DNA of 64,000 nucleotides. Origin: Mycobacterium sp. (lineage in GTDB: Bacteria; Actinomycetota; Actinomycetes; Mycobacteriales; Mycobacteriaceae). The translations under genes were made by a program, and so were the position numbers. The first letter of the stretch is position 1. Each line of letters opens with the position of its first letter. The notes below the pieces were generated by a model. The model did no database searches. It was not told where the DNA came from and saw only the letters and a program-made list of their open reading frames with translations. The DNA lies in contig NZ_JAVKSG010000006.1 in the NCBI RefSeq assembly GCF_039583785.1, positions 5,163 through 69,162 of the forward strand, read 5' to 3'. This document shows positions 32,588 to 43,509 of the stretch, one piece after another.

Positions 32588-33175
32588 ATGCCGGCCAACG
32601 ACTGGCTCGCCGAGCGCCGCACCGAGGCCGCGGCCGACCGGATCCTCGACGCCGCCGAGGAACTGTTCACCCGCCACGATCCCGGCTCGGTCGGCATGAA
32701 TGAGATCGCCAAGGCCGCAGGGTGTTCGCGCGCGACGCTGTACCGCTACTTCGAGAACCGGGAGGCGCTGCGCAGCGCCTACGTGGCCCGCGAAACCCAT
32801 CGGCTGGCCGAGTCGATCGACGTCGACCACATCGAAGACCCGCAGCAACGCCTGGTCACCGGGATCGTCACCGCCCTGCGTCTGGTTCGCGAAAGCCCAG
32901 CGCTGTCAGCCTGGTTCGCGACGACGTCGGGTCCGCTCGGTGCCGAGTTGGCCGAGCAGTCCGACGTGATCACCGGGCTGGCAACCGCCTTCGTCACCTC
33001 ACTCGGCGACGACCATCCGGTCAATGTCGCGGGCCGCGGTCGCTGGCTGGTGCGGGCCATCACGTCGCTGCTGATCTTTCCCGGCCGCGACGAGGCCGAC
33101 GAGCGGGCGATGCTCACCGAGTTCGTCGCCCCGGTGGTGCTGCCCGCCGACCAGGTCAGTCGCGCACCCGGGTGA
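32588..33175 (+). CDS. TetR-family regulator (Rv1255c-like)
   Basis: ILDAAEELF...IAKAAGCSRATLYRYFENREAL. Confidence 0.92.
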   Translation: MPANDWLAERRTEAAADRILDAAEELFTRHDPGSVGMNEIAKAAGCSRATLYRYFENREALRSAYVARETHRLAESIDVDHIEDPQQRLVTGIVTALRLVRESPALSAWFATTSGPLGAELAEQSDVITGLATAFVTSLGDDHPVNVAGRGRWLVRAITSLLIFPGRDEADERAMLTEFVAPVVLPADQVSRAPG

Positions 33176-34292
33176 ACCGGTGCAACGCCCAAGCCGGCGG
33201 AATCGTGATGGCCATCGTCGCCACGAACAACCCGGCCATCGAACCGGTGTACACGTGATCCTGCATGATGTAGACCATCGCAAATTCCATTGTGACCAAA
33301 TGGATCAAGAAGATCTCGTAGGAGATCTCGCCGAGCCAGACCATCGGCCGGCTGGCCAGCAAGCGGGCATACAGACCCTCGTTGCCGAGCGCCAACGGCG
33401 CCACCGCCAGGGCGGCGATCGCCGCGTAGAACACCGCCTTGTACAGCGCCTGCGACAGGCCGAGCGGCGACGTCGTCGGGTCGCCGGCAAGCGGCGTGGA
33501 CGCGATGAGATAGCAGACCGCCGCGAGCGGTAACGCGACAAACCCGTAGCAGCGCGCACCCATCCGTTGCAGAACGGTCAGCGCCATGCCGGCGAGAAAC
33601 CAGATCAGGTAGGTGGGTAGCCACAGCCGGGCGCCGTTGGGAATCGCGGTGGCGAGGTGCACCCCCACCAGCCACGCCGGGGTGATCAGCGCCAGCGCAG
33701 CGAGGCCGAGCAGCAACAGCTTTGGGCGCCACTGCCCTCGGCACAGGACCACCAGCAGCAGGTAGGCCAGCAGCGGGAGGACCACGTAGAACGAGGCTTC
33801 CACCGCCAAACTCCACATCTGGGTCAGGCCCTGATGGAGGTAGCCGCGCATGTAGTTGAAGGTGTAGATCTGGGTCAGCGTCAGGTTGCGGAACAACCCG
33901 AACCAGGTATGGCCGAAATTCGGTCCGGCATGCCGGAAGTGGTAGATGCCGTAGGCGATGAGAACCGTGACGACGTAGGCCGGCATGATGCGTCGCACCC
34001 GGTGCCAGGCGTAGCGACGGACCGACGGCTCCGGAGCACCGGTCGCCGCCGATTTCACCCAAGGCCGGAACAACAGAAACCCGGACAGCACGAAGAAGAT
34101 CGGGACGCCCATCTCCATCCGCGAGCAGAACAGGCCGAAATAGCCCTCGATGTATTTTCCGGTGGTATACGCCGCGTGCGTGGCCACCACCAGAAGTGCT
34201 GCCACGGCCCGGATACCGGTCAACGATGCGACCCGATCCGGCCCGGCTACCTGTTCGAGTCCGCCTTGGGCCGACGTGTCGGCCCGGGTCAT
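33156..34292 (-). CDS. Membrane acyltransferase, AT3/OafA family (Rv1254-like)
   Basis: LTGIRAVAA, FFVLSGFLL, RVRRIMP, WSLAVEASFY, GEISYEIFLIH. Confidence 0.9.
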   Translation of the reverse strand: MTRADTSAQGGLEQVAGPDRVASLTGIRAVAALLVVATHAAYTTGKYIEGYFGLFCSRMEMGVPIFFVLSGFLLFRPWVKSAATGAPEPSVRRYAWHRVRRIMPAYVVTVLIAYGIYHFRHAGPNFGHTWFGLFRNLTLTQIYTFNYMRGYLHQGLTQMWSLAVEASFYVVLPLLAYLLLVVLCRGQWRPKLLLLGLAALALITPAWLVGVHLATAIPNGARLWLPTYLIWFLAGMALTVLQRMGARCYGFVALPLAAVCYLIASTPLAGDPTTSPLGLSQALYKAVFYAAIAALAVAPLALGNEGLYARLLASRPMVWLGEISYEIFLIHLVTMEFAMVYIMQDHVYTGSMAGLFVATMAITIPPAWALHRFTRVRD

Positions 34293-35998
34293 CCCTGGTG
34301 ATCCCGCCGCGGCGCGCCATGGCCACCGCGGCGGTTCTTGTCCGGAGCCAGATCCTGCTGCAGGTTGATCAGCTGACCGGAAATACGGGTCTTCTCAAGC
34401 GCTTTCAGCGTCGCTCGGGGCAATTTTGCCGGCAGTTCCACCAGCGAGAAGTCCGGCTTGATGGTGATGTGCCCGAAATCGCTGCGGTGCAGGCCACCTT
34501 CGTTGGCGATGGCGCCGACGATTGCGCCCGGTCCGATCTTGTGCCGTTTGCCGACCGCGATGCGGTACGTCGCGAACCCTTGCTTCGGGCCGTCACCGGG
34601 GCCGCGCGGCGATCTGGCCGGCCGGTCCTGGTATTCCTTCGAGCGACGCTCGGGCGGCGGCTCGGGTGACAGCAGGAACGCTTCGCCGTCACGCGATTGC
34701 AGCGCCAGCGCCGCCGCGACGTCGGCCATCGGAACATCGTGATCGCGTTCGTAATCCGCGACCAGGCGTCGGAACAGGTCCAGCCCGGGCGAACTGAGAC
34801 TGTCGGTGATCGAGTCGGCGAATTTCGCCACCCGCTGGGCGTTGACGTCGTCGACGCTGGGCAGTTGAGCTTCGGTGAGCTTCTGCCGGGTCATCTTCTC
34901 GATTGCCTTGAGCAGATGGCGTTCTCGCGGCGACACGAACAGCAGTGCGTTGCCCGACCGTCCCGCCCGTCCGGTCCGGCCGATCCGGTGCACGTAGGAC
35001 TCGGTGTCGTGCGGGATGTCGTAGTTGAGCACGTGCGATATCCGCTCGACGTCGAGCCCGCGGGCGGCCACATCGGTGGCGACCAGGATGTCGATTCCTT
35101 TGTTGCCGCCTTCTTTGAGGGCGGCGATGGTGCGCTCACGCACGGCCTGCGGGATGTCGCCGTTGATGGCCGCCGCGGAAAACCCCCGGGCACGTAGCTT
35201 TTCGGCGACCTCTTCGGTGGCCTGCTTGGTGCGGACGAAGACGATCATCGCCTCGAACGCTTCGACTTCGAGCACCCGGGTCAGCGCGTCCATCTTGCGT
35301 GGACCGGCGACCTGAATGTAGCGCTGCGAAATGTTTTCGGCTGTCGCGGTTTTCGCCTCGACCTTGATCTCGGTCGGGTCGTGCAGGTACTTGTTGCTGA
35401 GCTTGCGGATCGCCGGCGGCATCGTCGCGGAGAACAGCGCCACCTGTTTGTATTCCGGAGTTTCGGCCAGGATCCGCTCGACTTCCTCGGCGAAACCCAT
35501 CGTGAGCATCTCGTCGGCCTCGTCGAGCACCAGGTAGTCCACCCGGGACAGATCCAGCGTCCCGCGCTCGAGGTGGTCGATCACGCGACCCGGGGTCCCG
35601 ACCACCACCTGCGCGCCGCGCTTCAGGCCGGCCAACTGCACCCCGTAGGACGAGCCGCCGTAGATCGGCAGCACATTGATCTGCGGAAGGTGCGTGCCGT
35701 ACCGGCTGAACGCCTCGGCCACCTGCAACGCCAGCTCGCGGGTCGGCGCCAGTACCAGCGCCTGAGTGGCTCTACTGCTGGTGTCGATTTTGGACAGGAT
35801 CGGCACCGCGAACGCGGCCGTCTTACCGGTCCCGGTCTGGGCCAGACCCACCACATCCGAGCCCTGCATCAGGGCCGGAATCGTCGCCGCCTGGATCGCC
35901 GACGGCGATTCGTAGCCGACGTCGGAGAGGGCCTGCAGCACCGACGGGTGAATCTGCAGGTCGGCGAAGGTCACGGTGTCATCATGCGAGGCGTTCAT
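34289..35998 (-). CDS. deaD: DEAD-box RNA helicase DeaD/CsdA
   Basis: AQTGTGKT, PTRELA, LDEADEM, SAT, ARGLD, HRIGRTGRAG and DbpA-type C-terminal domain. Confidence 0.96.
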   Translation of the reverse strand: MNASHDDTVTFADLQIHPSVLQALSDVGYESPSAIQAATIPALMQGSDVVGLAQTGTGKTAAFAVPILSKIDTSSRATQALVLAPTRELALQVAEAFSRYGTHLPQINVLPIYGGSSYGVQLAGLKRGAQVVVGTPGRVIDHLERGTLDLSRVDYLVLDEADEMLTMGFAEEVERILAETPEYKQVALFSATMPPAIRKLSNKYLHDPTEIKVEAKTATAENISQRYIQVAGPRKMDALTRVLEVEAFEAMIVFVRTKQATEEVAEKLRARGFSAAAINGDIPQAVRERTIAALKEGGNKGIDILVATDVAARGLDVERISHVLNYDIPHDTESYVHRIGRTGRAGRSGNALLFVSPRERHLLKAIEKMTRQKLTEAQLPSVDDVNAQRVAKFADSITDSLSSPGLDLFRRLVADYERDHDVPMADVAAALALQSRDGEAFLLSPEPPPERRSKEYQDRPARSPRGPGDGPKQGFATYRIAVGKRHKIGPGAIVGAIANEGGLHRSDFGHITIKPDFSLVELPAKLPRATLKALEKTRISGQLINLQQDLAPDKNRRGGHGAPRRDHQG

Positions 35999-36083
35999 GT
36001 CGAGATAAAGTTTACGGCGTGGTCACCGTCTCTCGGCCACGCCTGCCGCGTCGACGCGGCTGGTCACGGTACGGTGCGGCGTT

Positions 36084-36647
36084 GTGTGGATACGAACGCG
36101 GCTGACGGGGCTCACCGCCGCCGCACTCCTCGCCGCAACGCTGAGCGGGTGCGGGTCGGGAGATTCGACCGTCGCCAAGACTCCGGAGCCCACCACCCAC
36201 TCAACCGCCGCTCCGCACCCGACGGCAGCGCCGCCACCTGCGACTACCGCCCCTACCACCCCCGGACCCGTCGACCCGTGCGTGGTCAACCTGGCCGATC
36301 CCGCGATCGCCCGCGGTGTGTCCGAGCTGCCGCAGGACCCGCGCAGCCACCAGCCGTGGAACCCCGAGCCACTGGCCGGCAACTTCAACCAGTGCGCGCA
36401 GCTGTCCGCGGTGATCGTCAAGGCCAACACCAACGCCGAGAATCCGAACACCCGGGCGGTGTTGTTCCATCTCGGCAAGCTGATACCGCCGCAGGGCGTG
36501 CCGGACACCTACGGCTTCAACGGTCTGGACAACTCGGCGTGCACCGGCGACACGGTCGCGCTGAGCTACTCCGGTGGGATCGGCTTGCCCAGCATTGTGA
36601 AGTTCCGCTGGAACGGCAACGGCGTGGAGCTGATCCCTAACAACTGA
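36084..36647 (+). CDS. lprE: Lipoprotein LprE-like (LppP/LprE family, Rv1252c)
   Basis: Lipobox LSGC, P/T-rich linker, CAQLSAVIV, VLFHLGK. Confidence 0.85.
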   Translation: MWIRTRLTGLTAAALLAATLSGCGSGDSTVAKTPEPTTHSTAAPHPTAAPPPATTAPTTPGPVDPCVVNLADPAIARGVSELPQDPRSHQPWNPEPLAGNFNQCAQLSAVIVKANTNAENPNTRAVLFHLGKLIPPQGVPDTYGFNGLDNSACTGDTVALSYSGGIGLPSIVKFRWNGNGVELIPNN

Positions 36648-36694
36648 GGCTCAGCCGGCCCGAGATGTCAGTGCGGCCGCCTACAGTGGCTGCT

Positions 36695-39600
36695 GTGTTC
36701 ATGGCCGGCGACAGCATCGTCTACAGCGCGTCGGACCTCGCTGCCGCAGCGCGCTGTGAATACGCCCTGCTGCGGGAATTCGATGCGAAACTCGGCTGGG
36801 GGCAACGAGTCATTGTTACCGACGAGTTACTGGAACGCACCGCGACTCTCGGTGACGAGCACGAGCGACGCCGGCTCGACCACCTGCGCGACGAGCACGG
36901 CGACGGCGTCGCGATCATCGGCCGACCCGTCCCATTCACCGTCGAGAATGTCACGGCGGCCGCCGTCCAGACCCGGCGAAAGATCGACGACCACGCTGCG
37001 GTCCTCTGTCAGGCCGCGATGTTCGACGGCCGCTTCGTCGGGTTCGCCGACTTTCTGGTGCGCCGCGACGGGATGTATCAGGTGTCTGACACCAAGCTGG
37101 CCCGATCGGCGAAAGTCACTGCGCTGCTTCAGATCGCCGCCTACGCGGACATGTTGCGCCAGGCCGGTGTTCCGGTGCACCCTGCGGCCGAATTGGTTCT
37201 CGGCAACGGCACCGCGGTCACCTACCAGGTCGACGAACTGATCCCGGTGTACCGCGAACAACGCGGGCGACTGCAGCGCCTGCTCGACGAGCACTACGCC
37301 CGCGGCACCCCGGTGCGCTTGGAAGACGCAGGTGTCCGCGCGTGCTTGCGATGCCCGGTCTGCGAGGAGCCGGTGCGCGCCGCCGACGACCTGCTGCTCG
37401 TCGCGGGCCTGCGAGTCAGCCAGCGCGCCAAGCTGGTCCAGGCGGGCATCACCACGGTCGCCGGCCTGGCCGGGCACACCGGACCGGTAGCCGACATGTC
37501 CGCCCGTTCGGTGGACACCCTCGTCGCACAGGCCAGGCTGCAGATTCGCGAACGCGACACTGGCACGCCGCAATTCGAGGTCAAAGATCCGCAGCCGCTG
37601 ACCCTGCTGCCCGACTGCGACGAGGGCGACCTGTTCTTCGACTTCGAGGGCGACCCATTGTGGACCGCCGACGGCGTGGATTGGGGTCTGGAGTATCTGT
37701 TCGGTGTTCTCGAAGGCGGCACAGCGGGCGCCTTCCATCCGCTGTGGGCGCACGGCCGCCCCGACGAGCGCACGGCGCTCACCGACTTCCTCGCGCTGGT
37801 GGCCGAGCGGCGCAAGCAGTTTCCCGACATGCACATCTATCACTACGCCGCGTACGAGAAGACGGCGCTGCTGCGGCTGGCCGGGCGCCACGGCGTGGGA
37901 GAGGACGAGGTCGACGACTTGCTGCGCAGCGGGACGCTGGTCGACCTGTATCCGATTGTGCGCAAGAGCATTCGAGCCGGCAGCGAGTCGCTCAGCCTCA
38001 AGGCGCTGGAGCCGCTCTACATGGGATCGCGGCTGCGGTCGGGCGACGTCACGACAGCCGCCGACTCGATCACGCAGTATGCGCGCTACAGCGAACTGCG
38101 AGCCAACGGCGAGTTCGACGAGGCGGCCGCCGTGCTCAAGGAGATCGAGAGCTACAACCAGTACGACTGCCAGTCCACCCGCGAACTTCGTGATTGGCTG
38201 ATCAGCCAGGCCGTCGAAAACGGCGTCACACCGACAGGCGCCCAACCGGTTTCCGAGTCCGCGGTGATCGAGGCAGCAGACCCGCTCGCGGATACCCTGC
38301 GCGCATTCAGCGGCGACGCCGCGACCGGTGACCGCACCCCCGAGCAGACGGCCGTCGCGCTGGTCTCGGCCGCACGCGGTTTTCACCGACGCGAAGACAA
38401 GCCGTTCTGGTGGGCGCACTTCGACCGACTGATTTACCCCGTCGACGAATGGGCCGACCAGACAGACGTATTCATCGTCAGCGAGGCGAACGTCGCCGTC
38501 GAGTGGAACCGACCACCCAAGGCCCGCAAGCCGCAGCGCCGAGTTCGGTTGACCGGCGAACTGGCCCGCGGCGCGCTCAACACCGAGGTCTTCGCGCTCT
38601 ACGAGCCGCCGGCCCCGGCCGGGTTGACCGACAACCCCGACCGACGCGCGGCCGGCCACGCCGAAGTCGTCGACTACGACGATCCGACCGTGCCGACAAC
38701 CGTGGTCATCTGCGAACGCACACCGGTCGACGGCAGCACTTTTCCCGAACTCCCGTTCGCGCTGACGCCGGGCGGGCCGGTCAATACCACGCCGCTACGT
38801 GCGGCCATCGAAGCGGCGGCGGCCGAATTCGCCGCGGAACTGCCGCAACTCCCCCGCACCGCCGTGGCCGACATCCTGCTCCGCCACCGCCCCCGGACCC
38901 GCAGTGGCGGCGAGCTTCCCAGAAGTGGCGACGCCGTCGACGACATCACCGCCGCCCTGCTCGACCTCGATTCGTCGTACGTCGCGGTACACGGTCCCCC
39001 GGGGACCGGCAAGACCTACACCGCGGCGCACGTCATCACCCGACTGGTTACCGGGCATGGTTGGCGCATCGGCGTCGTCGCGCAATCACACGCGGTCGTG
39101 GAAAACCTGCTCCAGGGCACCGTCAACGCCGGCCTCGAATCGGCGCGGGTGGCCAAGAAAGGCAACCGTCCGGGCGTCGCGTGGCAGCAGATCGGCGTCA
39201 AACAGTACGCCGGATTCATCAGCGGCACACCAGGATGCGTGGTCGGCGGCACCGCCTGGGACTTCGCCAACCCCGGCCGGGTTCCGCCGGGCAGCCTGGA
39301 CCTGCTGGTGATCGACGAAGCCGGCCAGTACTGTCTGGCCAACACCATCGCGGTGGCCGCGTCGGCGGCCAACTTGCTGCTGCTCGGCGATCCCCAGCAG
39401 CTGCCGCAGGTCAGCCTGGGCACTCATCCCGAACCGGTCGACGGGTCCGCGCTGGGCTGGCTCGTCGAAGACCACCGCACGCTGCCCACCGAGCGCGGCT
39501 ACTTCCTGGATCGCTCACGTCGCATGCATCCCGCCGTGTGCGCTCCGGTGTCAGCGCTGTCCTACGAGGGTCGTTTGCAGCCATACGAAGAGCTCACCGG

Positions 39601-40105
39601 GGCGCGCCGACTGGACGGCTATCCGCCCGGGCTGCAGGTGCTTCGCGTTGCCCACCAAGGCAATTCGACCGAGAGCCCGGAGGAAGCCGACGCGATCGTC
39701 GAGCTGATCAGCACGCTGGTCGGCTTGGACTGGACGACCGAGAACGGCACCCGGCCGTTGACGTCCACCGATGTGCTGGTGCTGGCTCCCTATAACGCGC
39801 AGGTGGTGCTGCTGCGCCGGCACCTGGCGGCCGCAGGACTCGGCGACGTCCGGGTCGGGACCGTCGACAAATTCCAGGGCGCCGAGGCACCGGTGGCCAT
39901 CGTGTCGATGACGGCCTCGTCGGTCGACGACATCCCGCGCGGGATTCCGTTCCTGCTCAACCGCAATCGGCTGAACGTGGCGATCAGCCGGGCGCAGTAC
40001 GCCGCCGTGATCGTGCGGGCGCACGCGCTGACCGAGTACCTACCGTCGGCGCCGTCCGGCCTGGTGGAACTCGGCGCGTTCCTGGCGCTGACGGCACCCG
40101 GTTAG
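36695..40105 (+). CDS. TM0106-type RecB-like nuclease / RNase H-like / SF1 helicase fusion (Rv1251c-like)
   Basis: YSASDL, GFADFL..DTKL, FFDFEGDP, HGPPGTGKT, IDEAGQ, GDPQQL, TVDKFQG, NRLNVAISRA. GTG 36695 preceded by TACAGT. Confidence 0.9.
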   Translation: MFMAGDSIVYSASDLAAAARCEYALLREFDAKLGWGQRVIVTDELLERTATLGDEHERRRLDHLRDEHGDGVAIIGRPVPFTVENVTAAAVQTRRKIDDHAAVLCQAAMFDGRFVGFADFLVRRDGMYQVSDTKLARSAKVTALLQIAAYADMLRQAGVPVHPAAELVLGNGTAVTYQVDELIPVYREQRGRLQRLLDEHYARGTPVRLEDAGVRACLRCPVCEEPVRAADDLLLVAGLRVSQRAKLVQAGITTVAGLAGHTGPVADMSARSVDTLVAQARLQIRERDTGTPQFEVKDPQPLTLLPDCDEGDLFFDFEGDPLWTADGVDWGLEYLFGVLEGGTAGAFHPLWAHGRPDERTALTDFLALVAERRKQFPDMHIYHYAAYEKTALLRLAGRHGVGEDEVDDLLRSGTLVDLYPIVRKSIRAGSESLSLKALEPLYMGSRLRSGDVTTAADSITQYARYSELRANGEFDEAAAVLKEIESYNQYDCQSTRELRDWLISQAVENGVTPTGAQPVSESAVIEAADPLADTLRAFSGDAATGDRTPEQTAVALVSAARGFHRREDKPFWWAHFDRLIYPVDEWADQTDVFIVSEANVAVEWNRPPKARKPQRRVRLTGELARGALNTEVFALYEPPAPAGLTDNPDRRAAGHAEVVDYDDPTVPTTVVICERTPVDGSTFPELPFALTPGGPVNTTPLRAAIEAAAAEFAAELPQLPRTAVADILLRHRPRTRSGGELPRSGDAVDDITAALLDLDSSYVAVHGPPGTGKTYTAAHVITRLVTGHGWRIGVVAQSHAVVENLLQGTVNAGLESARVAKKGNRPGVAWQQIGVKQYAGFISGTPGCVVGGTAWDFANPGRVPPGSLDLLVIDEAGQYCLANTIAVAASAANLLLLGDPQQLPQVSLGTHPEPVDGSALGWLVEDHRTLPTERGYFLDRSRRMHPAVCAPVSALSYEGRLQPYEELTGARRLDGYPPGLQVLRVAHQGNSTESPEEADAIVELISTLVGLDWTTENGTRPLTSTDVLVLAPYNAQVVLLRRHLAAAGLGDVRVGTVDKFQGAEAPVAIVSMTASSVDDIPRGIPFLLNRNRLNVAISRAQYAAVIVRAHALTEYLPSAPSGLVELGAFLALTAPG

Positions 40106-40107
40106 CG

Positions 40108-42054
40108 CTACGCGTCGGGATCGACGCGACGGCGCCGGCTGGGCGGCAGCCGGTGCTGGCCGTTGCCCCTGTCGTCGTGCGCGCTGGACCCGCCGTAGGT
40201 GTCGAGGTCATCGAAGAAGGGTTCATCGGGCTCGACGCGACCGCGCTCGACTGGCGCGATCTGCGTGGTCGTCGTCATGTCATCCAGCTGGCTTTGCCAT
40301 GACTCTTCGGGCGTCGGCCAGTGACGCTCGTCGTCGGCGAGCCTGCGGGGCGGCGGTGCGGCGGCGCGGGACGGTCGTGGCGGGGCAGCGGACGCCGGCG
40401 GCAGCGTGTACTCGACGTAGTCGTCGTCGTCGTCGAAGCCGTCCCGGAAGCCGTCCGAGCCGCTCGCGAAACCCTCTGCGGCGCTTGGCCGCACCCGTAC
40501 CCCTCGAGTCGGCGCATCCGGACTGTCACTCTCCGAGGCAGGCGGCCCGTCGTCGCCAGTCGACCCGGTGGATCCGACCAGGAACAGCGCCGCGCCGATC
40601 CCGAACAGCGCCACGAAGGCCGGCAACAGCATCGACTGCGACATCGCGGCGGCGAACGGCACGTGCAGGAACTCCGGCATCTCCAGGCCTGCGCCCGGAC
40701 CGCCGGGCGGTCCCGAACCGCCGTCGGGCAGTGGTCCCAGTGCGGCGGCGATTCGCGACGTCATGAACGACGCCATCCCGGCGCTGCCCAGCACCGCACC
40801 CACCTGGCGTGTCGCGTTGAACACACCGGAACTGGCACCGGCGAACCGCTGGGGCAGGTTGCGGGTTGCGGTCGCGGTGATCGGCGCCCAGATGAACGCC
40901 ATCGCCGCACCCAGCGCGAAGAACGGCAGCACCAACTGCCAAATCGGGGTCGACGGCGTCATCACGATGGAGAGCCACGTCAGGCCGATCGCCAGCGCCG
41001 AAAAGCCGAATCCGACCACCGGCCGCGGGTGCGCCCTGTCGACCAACTTGCCCGCGATCGGCGCGAGCACACCGCTGGTGATCGCCATCGGCGCGGTCAA
41101 CAATGCGGACCGCGTCGGTGACAATCCGCACACCGCCTGGGCGTAGAACATCAGCGGCAAGATCATCCCGGTGACCGCGAAGGCGATGACCACCGCGGCG
41201 GCGTTGCACAAGCTGAAGTCGCGGTCGCGGAAGATGTCCAGCGGGATCAGGGGCTCGTGAATGCTGATCGATTGCCAGTAGAAGAACGCCGTCACGAAGC
41301 CGACACCCGCGACCAGTACCGCCCAGATCCAGGGCGCCCAGTCGTGGGACTGGCCTTCCTGCAGCGAGAACACGACCAGGAACATCCCCACCCCGGACAG
41401 CCCCACCCCGATCAGGTCGAAGCGGTGATTGTGGGTGGGCAGATCGGGGATCAGCCAGAACGCCAGCCCGAGGCCGATGATCCCGACCGGGACGTTGACG
41501 AAGAAGATCCAGGCCCAGCCCATCGAATCGACCAGCACACCGCCGGCCAAGGGACCGACCAGTGTGGCCACACCCGCAGTCGCACCCCACACGCTCATCG
41601 CGATCCCGCGGCGTTCGGACGGGAAGATCCGGGTGATCAACGACAACGTCTGGGGACTCATCAGCGCGGCGCCGACGCCCTGCGCCACCCGCGCAGTGAT
41701 CAGCATCCCGATAGTGCCCGACAGCCCACACCACAACGAGGCGCCGGAGAAGACGGCCAGGCCGATCAGATAGAGGTTCTTCGGGCCGAATCGGTCACCG
41801 AGCCGACCGGATACCAGCAGCGGGACCGCGTACGCCAACAGATAGGCGCTGGTCACCCAAATCACCGTGTCGTAGCCCGTGCCGAGCTTGATCATGATGC
41901 TGGGATTGGCGACCGCGACGATCGTCGAGTCGAGCAGGATCATGAAGAAGCCGACCATCATGGCCCACAGCGCGGTCCAGGGGTTCACCTCGTCGGCGCG
42001 CTTCCCCGCGGCCGGGCCGCCGCCCGGTCGACGGCGAGCAGTCACCGTGGTCAT
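40108..42054 (-). CDS. DHA2-family MFS efflux protein with long acidic C-terminal tail (Rv1250-like)
   Basis: [39 protein letters not shown]. Confidence 0.92.
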   Translation of the reverse strand: MTTVTARRRPGGGPAAGKRADEVNPWTALWAMMVGFFMILLDSTIVAVANPSIMIKLGTGYDTVIWVTSAYLLAYAVPLLVSGRLGDRFGPKNLYLIGLAVFSGASLWCGLSGTIGMLITARVAQGVGAALMSPQTLSLITRIFPSERRGIAMSVWGATAGVATLVGPLAGGVLVDSMGWAWIFFVNVPVGIIGLGLAFWLIPDLPTHNHRFDLIGVGLSGVGMFLVVFSLQEGQSHDWAPWIWAVLVAGVGFVTAFFYWQSISIHEPLIPLDIFRDRDFSLCNAAAVVIAFAVTGMILPLMFYAQAVCGLSPTRSALLTAPMAITSGVLAPIAGKLVDRAHPRPVVGFGFSALAIGLTWLSIVMTPSTPIWQLVLPFFALGAAMAFIWAPITATATRNLPQRFAGASSGVFNATRQVGAVLGSAGMASFMTSRIAAALGPLPDGGSGPPGGPGAGLEMPEFLHVPFAAAMSQSMLLPAFVALFGIGAALFLVGSTGSTGDDGPPASESDSPDAPTRGVRVRPSAAEGFASGSDGFRDGFDDDDDYVEYTLPPASAAPPRPSRAAAPPPRRLADDERHWPTPEESWQSQLDDMTTTTQIAPVERGRVEPDEPFFDDLDTYGGSSAHDDRGNGQHRLPPSRRRRVDPDA

Positions 42055-42272
42055 ATCGCCACCTCGTTCGGTTGTTTCCGCTCTGGCCGCCTACCGTCCC
42101 GCGCGGTCCCGGTCGGCCGGTCGACGACGTAACACTGCGAGCCGGGCCGGACCTGCACCATCGGCTCGGCATGACGTTCGACGAGGGGTTGGAACAGCTC
42201 GTAACCATCCATCGGATGAGTTCTGAGCAGCACCAACACCCAAATATCCAACGAGCTGAGCTGGTAGGCCAT
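42051..42272 (-). pseudogene. Truncated PadR-family regulator
   Basis: LSSLDIWVLVLLRTHPMDGYELFQPLVERHAEPMVQVRPGS resembles the PadR N-terminal wHTH; only 73 codons; stop overlaps the MFS ATG. Confidence 0.65.
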
Positions 42273-42535
42273 CGACTGTCCGTTTTTGCTCGGCGGGCCG
42301 GCCGAGCTCATCGTCGAGCCGGGCGCGACCCCGCATCGTCATCGCAGGTATCCATGTCGGATTATTCCCAACGGACTGCTCGTGCGGACGCCTGGCCCCA
42401 CGTTTGCCGGCACCGACGCTAGCCTGAAAGCACGTCACCACCCGCAAAGAAGCCTGGCAATGCACTTCAGCCCGGCGACGATGCGAGCCGCGAAGCGGCC
42501 CGGGAGGAACTGGGCCATCAGATCCGGAGGCATCC

Positions 42536-43291
42536 ATGAGCGCCCGACGCAACCGGTCATCGCCCGACTCGCTGCCCGCGACCACCGAGGGGAAGCCCAA
42601 ACGGTCGGCGCGAGCGTTAGCCGGCATCATCGAGCGCAGCTCCCGCATCCAGGGACCTGCCGCGGCCGCCTACGTCGAGCGGCTGCGCCGCGCAGATCCC
42701 GACGCCAGCCCGGCCACCGTCGTCGCGAAGCTGGAGAAGCGCTACGTGGCAGCCGTCACGGCCAGCGGCGCAGCGGTCGGTTCCGCCGCGGTGCTGCCCG
42801 GGTTGGGCACGCTGTGGGCGCTGTCCGCCGCCGCCGGCGAGACCGCGGTGTTCCTGGAGGCGACAGCGTTCTTCGCGCTGGCAATCGCGTCGGTGTATGG
42901 GGTTTGGACCGAGGAGCGGGAACGACGGCGCGCCCTGGTGCCGTCGGTGCTGGTCGGCAACGACAGCAAACAGGCGATGACCGAACTCATCGGTGGCGGC
43001 CGCACCAGCGGGGCCTGGCTGTCCGAAGCCATGGCGTCGCTGCCGATGCCGGCGCTGTCACAGCTGAACTCGCGACTGCTCAAGCGCGCGGTGCGGAGAT
43101 TCACGCTGCGTCGCAGCGCGCTGCTGTTCGCCACGATCCTGCCGGTCGGCATCGGCGCCCTGATCGGTGCCGTCGGCAACCGGCTGGCGGGCAAGAAGAT
43201 CGTGCGCAACGCCCGCAACGCCTTCGGGACGCCGCCGGCGAAGTGGCCGGTGACTCTGCACCTGTTGCCGACGGTGTCCGACGCAGGTTGA
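42536..43291 (+). CDS. Conserved hypothetical membrane-associated protein (Rv1249c-like)
   Basis: YVERLRRADP, KLEKRY...SGAAVG, FLEATAFFAL, PVGIGALIGAVGNR; position upstream of kgd. Confidence 0.8.
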   Translation: MSARRNRSSPDSLPATTEGKPKRSARALAGIIERSSRIQGPAAAAYVERLRRADPDASPATVVAKLEKRYVAAVTASGAAVGSAAVLPGLGTLWALSAAAGETAVFLEATAFFALAIASVYGVWTEERERRRALVPSVLVGNDSKQAMTELIGGGRTSGAWLSEAMASLPMPALSQLNSRLLKRAVRRFTLRRSALLFATILPVGIGALIGAVGNRLAGKKIVRNARNAFGTPPAKWPVTLHLLPTVSDAG

Positions 43292-43509
43292 GCGCGGCGT
43301 AACGGCAGCGCTATCCGGCACGAAGTCACATGGCGGATCGTCGACAAAGGGTTAGCCTTTATGAGGCGGTCGGTCGGAGCCGCAGACCGCCGGCGACGAT
43401 GCGGGCGGTCCCGGGGACGATCCGGACAATCAGACCTCCGGCACACGGATGTAGTGGCGAGCGTGACAGAGCGCTTTCACCGACACAGGAATCGAGGCGA
43501 GCAGCCGCT

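Noticed and set aside
36695-40105. Nuclease-helicase fusion as a possible new defence gene
   Set aside because: Core syntenic Rv1251c-type gene with its usual neighbours; nothing locus-specific seen.
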